Position numbers and translations under genes: made by a program
Notes under the pieces: generated by a model
Seen by the model: the letters and a program-made list of their open reading frames with translations, nothing else
Told to the model about the DNA's origin: nothing
Database searches by the model: none
Assembly: GCA_903907165.1 (NCBI GenBank)
Contig: CAIVNC010000022.1
Coordinates: 1-35,338, forward strand
Length of the DNA stretch: 35,338 bases
From: Candidatus Buchananbacteria bacterium
GTDB lineage: Bacteria > Patescibacteriota > Patescibacteriia > 2-01-FULL-39-33
Direction: 5' to 3'
Shown: positions 29,764-35,338 of the stretch, piece after piece
Layout: the number at the start of each line of letters is the position of its first letter
Numbering within the stretch: the stretch's first letter is position 1

Positions 29764-31137
29764 ATGCCTAGTAACCAGAGAGATTATCAATTTATTGAAA
29801 GTACTATAAGTCTTTGTTCTGTTTGTCTAAAGAGAATAGACGCAAAAATTGTTTCGAAGGATAATAAAGTTTTTATTTTGAAATATTGTCCAGAGCATGG
29901 TGATCAAGAGTGTATCTTGGAGGATGATTCTGCGTATTATGCAAAAAGAATGTTGTACACAAAGCCTGGTTCAGTTTCAAAAATACAAACAACTAGAAAG
30001 GATAATTGCCCATTTGATTGTGGTCTTTGTCCTGAGCACGAACAACATTCCTGCATAGGACTTATTGAAGTAACAAATGATTGTGATTTAAAATGTCCAG
30101 TTTGTTATGCAAATAGTGGGTCTGGAGGTCATTTGCCATTGCCAAAAATAAATGAGATGCTGGATTTTTTTGTTGATTCTGAATTTGGAAGTGCTGAAAT
30201 TTTACAGATTAGTGGAGGCGAGCCAACCACACACCCAGAAATAATTGAAATTATAAAACTCGCAAGAGAAAAGAAGATAAAATATGTAATGCTAAACACC
30301 AATGGATTACGTATTGCTGAGGATGAAGAGTTTGTTGAGAAGCTTGCCCAATTTAAAGGTAATTTTGAGATTTATCTTCAATTTGATGGATTTGATGAAA
30401 AAGTTTATCGACACTTAAGAGGAAGGGATTTATTGGAAATAAAATTAAAGGCAATAGAAAATCTAACTAAATATAAAATACCTATAACTCTGGTTTCTAC
30501 AGTAGAGAAAGGTATTAATGATCAAGAAATTGGAAAAATAGTTGAATTCGGAATAAATAAAAAATATATCAGAGGTATAAATTTTCAACCAGTTTCTTTT
30601 TTTGGAAGACTGGTAGATGTTAATAGAAAAGACAGAACGACTATAACAGGTATTATTGATAGTATAGAAAAGCAAACAAATGGAATGATCAAAAAGAATG
30701 ATTTTATTCCTTTGCCTTGTAATGTCGATAGGGTTGCCATAACATATTTATATCGAGTGAATGATGAGTTTATTCCGTTAACTAGAGATCTTGATGCTAA
30801 GAATTATTTATCTTCAATTAGAAATACCTTTAAATTTGATCCGGAGGATTTTTTAAGTGATTTAACAAAAAATATTTTTTCTTCAGTTAGTGGTTGTTGT
30901 AATTATTTGTCTTTTTTTGGAAAGCTAAAAAAAATAGTTCCAGCTAGCTATTTGTTAAAATCAGAGGAGGATAAGATAGAATACGTGAGTGAAAATACTT
31001 TTAGAATAAGCATAACTTCGTTTGTTGATGCTTATAATTTTGATATGAAATCAATGAAAAAAGAGTGTGTTCATATAATTACCCCAGATTTAAAGAAAAT
31101 TCCTTTTTCCGCTTATAATATAATACACAGGAAATAA
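29764..31137 (+). CDS. Radical SAM enzyme, Tes/MJ0619 (tetraether synthase)-like family
   Basis: N-terminal CSVC...CPEHG, CPFDCGLCPEH, core CDLKCPVC, SGGEPT, NTNG, YLQFDG, NFQP, C-terminal CVH...IPFSAYN. Confidence 0.8.
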   Translation: MPSNQRDYQFIESTISLCSVCLKRIDAKIVSKDNKVFILKYCPEHGDQECILEDDSAYYAKRMLYTKPGSVSKIQTTRKDNCPFDCGLCPEHEQHSCIGLIEVTNDCDLKCPVCYANSGSGGHLPLPKINEMLDFFVDSEFGSAEILQISGGEPTTHPEIIEIIKLAREKKIKYVMLNTNGLRIAEDEEFVEKLAQFKGNFEIYLQFDGFDEKVYRHLRGRDLLEIKLKAIENLTKYKIPITLVSTVEKGINDQEIGKIVEFGINKKYIRGINFQPVSFFGRLVDVNRKDRTTITGIIDSIEKQTNGMIKKNDFIPLPCNVDRVAITYLYRVNDEFIPLTRDLDAKNYLSSIRNTFKFDPEDFLSDLTKNIFSSVSGCCNYLSFFGKLKKIVPASYLLKSEEDKIEYVSENTFRISITSFVDAYNFDMKSMKKECVHIITPDLKKIPFSAYNIIHRK

Positions 31138-31140
31138 ATT

Positions 31141-31779
31141 ATGCTATTTAATTTTGATCTTAGTGCTCTATTTAGTGATCCAAATAAAATATTTTCCGTT
31201 GTTGTTAATTTTGTTGTTTTTTTGTCAGTATTCTCAGTTGTAGTTGCAGTGCTAATTGATTTTATTGAATTTCATCAGAGAAAACAAACAAAGAAAGAAA
31301 AAAATAGTATTGTAGAGACTGGAACAATGTTTTTTTTCTTTTTCTTTTTTTACTTTTTTATTAGGTTTAGTGTAGGCATTGTTAATGTGGATTTTTTACC
31401 AATGAGATTGTTTTTATTGTTTCTGGGTTTGTTTATGGTTGTTATCGGTTGTTTGGTTAATGTAGCAGGTAGATTTAATTTGGGTAAAAATTGGTCAAAT
31501 CAGATAAAAATTTATAACGATCATCATTTTATCTCATCTGGAATGTATGGACTAGTTAGACATCCTTTGTATGCTTCTATAATATGGATGTTTTTTGGAG
31601 CGAGTTTGGTTTACTCTAATTGGGTTGCTTTTTTGTCTAATATATTTATTTTTATTCCTTTTATGTATTACAGGGCTAGACAAGAAGAGGCATTACTTGA
31701 GACAGAATTCGCCGGGTATAAAGAGTATAAAAGAAAAGTGGGAATGTTTTTACCTAATTTATTTAATAAAAAACAATGA
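31141..31779 (+). CDS. Isoprenylcysteine carboxyl methyltransferase (ICMT/Ste14/PEMT)-family membrane methyltransferase
   Basis: Multi-TM; LGKNWS, GMYGLVRHPLY, EEALL..EF..YKEYKRKV...LP. Confidence 0.85.
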   Translation: MLFNFDLSALFSDPNKIFSVVVNFVVFLSVFSVVVAVLIDFIEFHQRKQTKKEKNSIVETGTMFFFFFFFYFFIRFSVGIVNVDFLPMRLFLLFLGLFMVVIGCLVNVAGRFNLGKNWSNQIKIYNDHHFISSGMYGLVRHPLYASIIWMFFGASLVYSNWVAFLSNIFIFIPFMYYRARQEEALLETEFAGYKEYKRKVGMFLPNLFNKKQ

Positions 31780-32219
31780 AAAAATATAAACCAGTAGTTA
31801 TTCCTAGTGCTGCCTTTGCTTTTTGCAGATATAGTATGGCTATTTTAATATGGCTGTCTTTATTTTTACATTCAAAGTATCTTCTTGTTTTCGTTTTGAT
31901 TATTTTCTTATTGTCGGCAATATTTAAGATAAAAAAGTCCCCAATGATTTTACTCTATAGCTATACTGTGAATAAGATTATTAAATCAAAAGATGAAATT
32001 TTAAATGAGCATGCTATGAGATTTGCTCATCTTGCTGGTAGTTTTTTTAGTTTGATATGCTTATTGCTTTTATTCTTTGTTAATGAAAAGGCGGGATGGA
32101 TTGCTGTTTTTATATTTGCTCTCCTTAAAACTGTTTCCGTTTTTGGTTTTTGCCCAGCTTCAAAATTGTACGAATGTGCTACAAATGATAGTTGCTGTGC
32201 TTTTATTAAAAAATCATGA
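31776..32219 (+). CDS. DUF4395-like membrane protein
   Basis: Four TM segments; MRFAH..G, GW, GFCPASKLY; Cys-rich C-terminus. Confidence 0.6.
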   Translation: MKKYKPVVIPSAAFAFCRYSMAILIWLSLFLHSKYLLVFVLIIFLLSAIFKIKKSPMILLYSYTVNKIIKSKDEILNEHAMRFAHLAGSFFSLICLLLLFFVNEKAGWIAVFIFALLKTVSVFGFCPASKLYECATNDSCCAFIKKS

Positions 32220-32998
32220 TAGACGATCATTTTTATCCAGAAAATTGGGGCGTAAGGCCTATTTTGTTTAAAATAGGGAATTTTGATATTCAATCATATC
32301 CATTTTTTGTGTTGTTGGGTTTAATCGTCGGATTGTCAGTTTACTTTTATGAATCGAGACGAAAGAAGAATATAAATGAAAATGGCTTCATGATAGTTAT
32401 CGGTTCTTTGATCGGTGGAACAATTGGTTCAAAATTTTTACAGTGGGCGATTGACTATAGATATATAATTTCTCATTTTTACAATTGGAGATTTTTTATC
32501 TCCGGTCGGACAATCGTTGGTGGAATGATTGGAGGAGTTATTGGTGTCCTGGTGACAAAAAAAATTCTTGGCACAAAAGAAAAAAGAGGAAATTTATTTG
32601 CCCCGGCAGTGGCGATCGGCGTTGCCATTGGTAGGTTGGGTTGTTTTTTTAGAGGTTGTTGTTACGGAAAGGCCACCGCCTTGCCATGGGGAGTAGATTT
32701 TGGTGATCATGTTCTAAGACATCCAACTCAACTTTATGAATCATTATTCATGCTAGGAATGTTCGTTTATTTGGAAAAAATAAAGAATAATTCAGATATT
32801 AAGGATGGCCAACTATTTAAGATATTAATGCTTTCTTACTTTATTTTTAGATTTTTTATAGAGTTTATTAGAGAAGAAGGAGTAGTTTTTATTGGCTTAA
32901 CCGTATTTCAAATAATTTCAATTGGTGCTATAATTTATCTAATTAAAGATAATATAATAAATTTAATCTTAAAAATTAAATCATATGCTAAAAGATGA
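32216..32998 (+). CDS. Prolipoprotein diacylglyceryl transferase (Lgt)-family paralogue
   Basis: PILFKIG, SYPFF, GRTIVGG, AIGRLGCFFRGCCYG, LPWG, RHPTQLYE, RFFIEFIR. Confidence 0.85.
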   Translation: MIDDHFYPENWGVRPILFKIGNFDIQSYPFFVLLGLIVGLSVYFYESRRKKNINENGFMIVIGSLIGGTIGSKFLQWAIDYRYIISHFYNWRFFISGRTIVGGMIGGVIGVLVTKKILGTKEKRGNLFAPAVAIGVAIGRLGCFFRGCCYGKATALPWGVDFGDHVLRHPTQLYESLFMLGMFVYLEKIKNNSDIKDGQLFKILMLSYFIFRFFIEFIREEGVVFIGLTVFQIISIGAIIYLIKDNIINLILKIKSYAKR

Positions 32999-33335
32999 AA
33001 AACAGGGAAAAATAATAAGTATGAACTATGAGTCCAGGACTGATTATTACACAACACCTGGAAAGAAAGTAGGAGATTTTCTTATGGGATTTTTTGGTTT
33101 TTTGGCGTTATCTTTTGTTGGTTCAATTTTGGGTTCTATTATTTCTTCTTTTGGCTCAAATGGGTTTATTAGTTCTATTTTTGGTATTTTTCTCTTGTTT
33201 GTCGCACTGGGTCTATGTATTTTCTTCTTTAAGATAAAAAGAAGATTTATTGCCATTGGAATTATTTCTATTACTCTGATTCCAGTTCTACTTTTTGGTA
33301 GTTGTCTTTTATTGCTTTCTCCTTGGAATCGTTAA
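32985..33335 (+). CDS. Small three-TM membrane protein with lipobox-like C-terminal segment
   Basis: Hydrophobic ORF overlapping the Lgt-like gene by 14 nt; ends KIKRRFIAIGIISITLIPVLLFGSCLLLLSPWNR. Confidence 0.7.
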   Translation: MLKDEKQGKIISMNYESRTDYYTTPGKKVGDFLMGFFGFLALSFVGSILGSIISSFGSNGFISSIFGIFLLFVALGLCIFFFKIKRRFIAIGIISITLIPVLLFGSCLLLLSPWNR

Positions 33336-33347
33336 TTTGCTAAAAAC

Positions 33348-33379
33348 AAAAAATCCTCGGTTAATTCCGAGGATTTTTT
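33348..33379. terminator. Bidirectional terminator
   Basis: AAAAAATCCTCGG-TTAATT-CCGAGGATTTTTT between convergent operons. Confidence 0.85.
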
Positions 33380-34104
33380 TATCCGACAATAACTTTATCA
33401 AAATATTTTTCTAAAATCTTTTTCGCTTCTTCAACTTGCTCAGTGGTTGGCGGTTCTAGGTGGGCTAACTTATAATCCATGCCCATATGTTCGTATTTGT
33501 GCTTGCCGAGCGTGTGGTAGGGCAGTAGTTCAAGTCGTTCAACATTTTTAAACTCTTTGAAATACTCGCCAATCGACTCCAGATGTGCTGCTGAGTCGGT
33601 CAGGCTCGGTACGAGAACATGTCTGATCCACATCGGCTTGTTTATTTCCTTGAGATAATTGGCTAACGCCAAAGTATTCTCATTGCCGGCGCCAGTCAAT
33701 TTTTTATGCTCCTCATTATTAATCTGTTTGATATCCAAAATTACCAAATCGGTATAATTGAGCAGTTCTTTGACCTGGTCATTAAAAATACAGCCGTTGG
33801 TGTCGAGAGCAGTATGGATGTCGTCATTTTTTAATAGTTTGAATAAATCGATCAAGGCCTCGGCTTGGACCAACGGTTCGCCGCCAGAAACGGTCACGCC
33901 GCCATTGTTTTTGAAATATGGCTTTTGATCGACAGCCATGCGAACTATTTTGAGCTTGCTGATTTCTTTGCCGTGATCCATGGCTTGGGTGTCAGGATTG
34001 TGGCAATACAAACAGCGCCAAGGACAGCCTTGCAAAAAGACCACCAGACGGATGCCGGGGCCTTCATGAGTGCCAAAAGTTTCAATCGAGTGGACATTAA
34101 GCAT
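33379..34104 (-). CDS. pflA: Pyruvate formate-lyase activating enzyme
   Basis: HSIETFGTHEGPGIR, GCPWRCLYCHNPDT, GGVTVSGGEP, LDTNG, LLPYH. Confidence 0.95.
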   Translation of the reverse strand: MLNVHSIETFGTHEGPGIRLVVFLQGCPWRCLYCHNPDTQAMDHGKEISKLKIVRMAVDQKPYFKNNGGVTVSGGEPLVQAEALIDLFKLLKNDDIHTALDTNGCIFNDQVKELLNYTDLVILDIKQINNEEHKKLTGAGNENTLALANYLKEINKPMWIRHVLVPSLTDSAAHLESIGEYFKEFKNVERLELLPYHTLGKHKYEHMGMDYKLAHLEPPTTEQVEEAKKILEKYFDKVIVG

Positions 34105-34924
34105 CTTGAGTCGCGCTTTGTTTGTGGGAGTAAATAAACCAGTAGGCGAGCCAGATCAGCACGCCGCCGATGATGTTGCCGATCGTAACTGGCAAAAGAT
34201 TGTGGACGAAGAAATTGCCCCAAGTGAGCACGCCAGCGTCAATCGCTTTTGAGGCGACAAAGCCCGGGTCGAAGGTTTTGATAAGCAATGCTTCGGTGAC
34301 GAGATACATGTTGGCGACAGAGTGCTCAAAGCCCATGGCCACGAAAGCGGAGACTGGGAAAACGATAGCTAAGATTTTGTCAGTGGTGGACTTGCCGTTG
34401 AATGACAGCCAGATAGCCAGGCAGACCATGAGGTTACACAAGATGCCGAGGACGATAGCTTCGATAAAACCATGATGCATTTTGGGCAAGGCGATAGAGA
34501 AAACGGCTTGGCCAAAAGCGCCACCGGAAACAGCGTATTCTTTGGCGAGGAAAAGTAAAAAGGCGATGAACATGGCGCCGACAAAGTTGCCGACATAAAC
34601 CATGGCCCAGTTTTTGATTAGACCCCAGATTTTGATTTTGCGGTTGAGCCAAGCGACAGAAACAAGCGTTGAGCCGGTAAAAAGCTCTGCTCCGCCGATG
34701 ACGCAGAGAATGAGGCCAAGACTGAAAACGATGCCCATGATGAGGCGCATAATGCCAAATGGCACTATTCCGGTAGCACCGGTAGCAATCACCGTAGCGA
34801 AGATGCCACCCATGGCCACGTAAGCTCCGCCCAGGATGGACAGAGTGAATAAATTCTTTGGCGAGTGGCTAGCCTTTTTGATGGCGTAGACCTCAGCCTG
34901 AGCGTTCATTTCTGATGGTGTCAT
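34097..34924 (-). CDS. focA: Formate/nitrite transporter
   Basis: GAELFTG, GNFVG, GILCNLMVCLA, FVAMGFEHSVANM, NLLPVTIGNIIGG; lies between pflB and pflA. Confidence 0.92.
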   Translation of the reverse strand: MTPSEMNAQAEVYAIKKASHSPKNLFTLSILGGAYVAMGGIFATVIATGATGIVPFGIMRLIMGIVFSLGLILCVIGGAELFTGSTLVSVAWLNRKIKIWGLIKNWAMVYVGNFVGAMFIAFLLFLAKEYAVSGGAFGQAVFSIALPKMHHGFIEAIVLGILCNLMVCLAIWLSFNGKSTTDKILAIVFPVSAFVAMGFEHSVANMYLVTEALLIKTFDPGFVASKAIDAGVLTWGNFFVHNLLPVTIGNIIGGVLIWLAYWFIYSHKQSATQDA

Positions 34925-34933
34925 AAATTTGGA

Positions 34934-35338
34934 TTATAAGCTTTGGTGGAAAGTTCTGGCCAAGACTTCTTGTTGCTGGTCTCTGGTCAGTTTGATGAAA
35001 TTAACGGCATAACCGGAAACACGAATAGTGAGTTGAGGGTAGTTTTCTGGATGTTCCATGGCGTCCATTAATGTTTCACGGTTCAGAACATTGACGTTGA
35101 GGTGATGAGCGCCTTTTTGGAAATAACCATCAAGAAGGGCAGTTAAATTCTGTCTTTTTTCTTCTTCGGTTTTGCCTAGAGTCTGTGGAACAATGGAAAA
35201 AGTATTGGAAATACCGTCGCGAGCAAATTCGTAATCTAGTTTAGCAACAGAATTCAAAGAGGCGATAGCGCCATGAGTATCGCGGCCGTGCATTGGGTTG
35301 GCGCCAGGAGCAAAAGGTTCGCCAGCTTTGCGGCCATC
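34934..35338 (-). CDS. pflB: Pyruvate formate-lyase, C-terminal part (partial)
   Basis: [20 protein letters not shown]...[15 protein letters not shown] glycyl-radical motif. Confidence 0.95.
   Translation of the reverse strand, partial: DGRKAGEPFAPGANPMHGRDTHGAIASLNSVAKLDYEFARDGISNTFSIVPQTLGKTEEEKRQNLTALLDGYFQKGAHHLNVNVLNRETLMDAMEHPENYPQLTIRVSGYAVNFIKLTRDQQQEVLARTFHQSL

Noticed and set aside
29764-31137. Calling the rSAM a proven tetraether synthase or pterin dimethyltransferase
   Set aside because: Family resemblance only; no ether-lipid or methanopterin genes nearby.

Overview
Bacterial chromosomal window using the standard genetic code (TGA ends several clear genes). Core genes with AT-rich, Shine-Dalgarno-less starts, a membrane-anchored Clp ATPase and the style of the surface proteins suggest a Patescibacteria/CPR (Parcubacteria-like) genome; this is inference. 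In order: an accessory block (partial sugar-phosphate isomerase; a discrete cofE-like / archaeal-type SAM synthetase / HPrK-like kinase operon; an HD hydrolase plus glycosyltransferase); two paralogous secreted GH18 hydrolases with peptidoglycan-binding-like domains, flanking a DUF5666-like protein and a PIF1 helicase; a complete F-type ATP synthase operon split between atpG and atpD by a palindromic element and an antisense orphan gene; a candidate structured small RNA; a TM-anchored Clp ATPase pair; tRNA-Thr, rpmG and tRNA-Trp; HU, a UgtP-like GT, TrmH and tRNA-Pro; an AT-rich five-gene operon; and pflA/focA/pflB. The best candidate for an undescribed system is that five-gene operon (29764-33335): Tes/MJ0619-like radical SAM, ICMT-family methyltransferase, DUF4395-like protein, an atypical Lgt paralogue, and a small membrane protein with an internal lipobox-like Cys. 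It may be a dedicated lipid or lipopeptide modification pathway. All calls come from reading motifs by eye; no searches were run.
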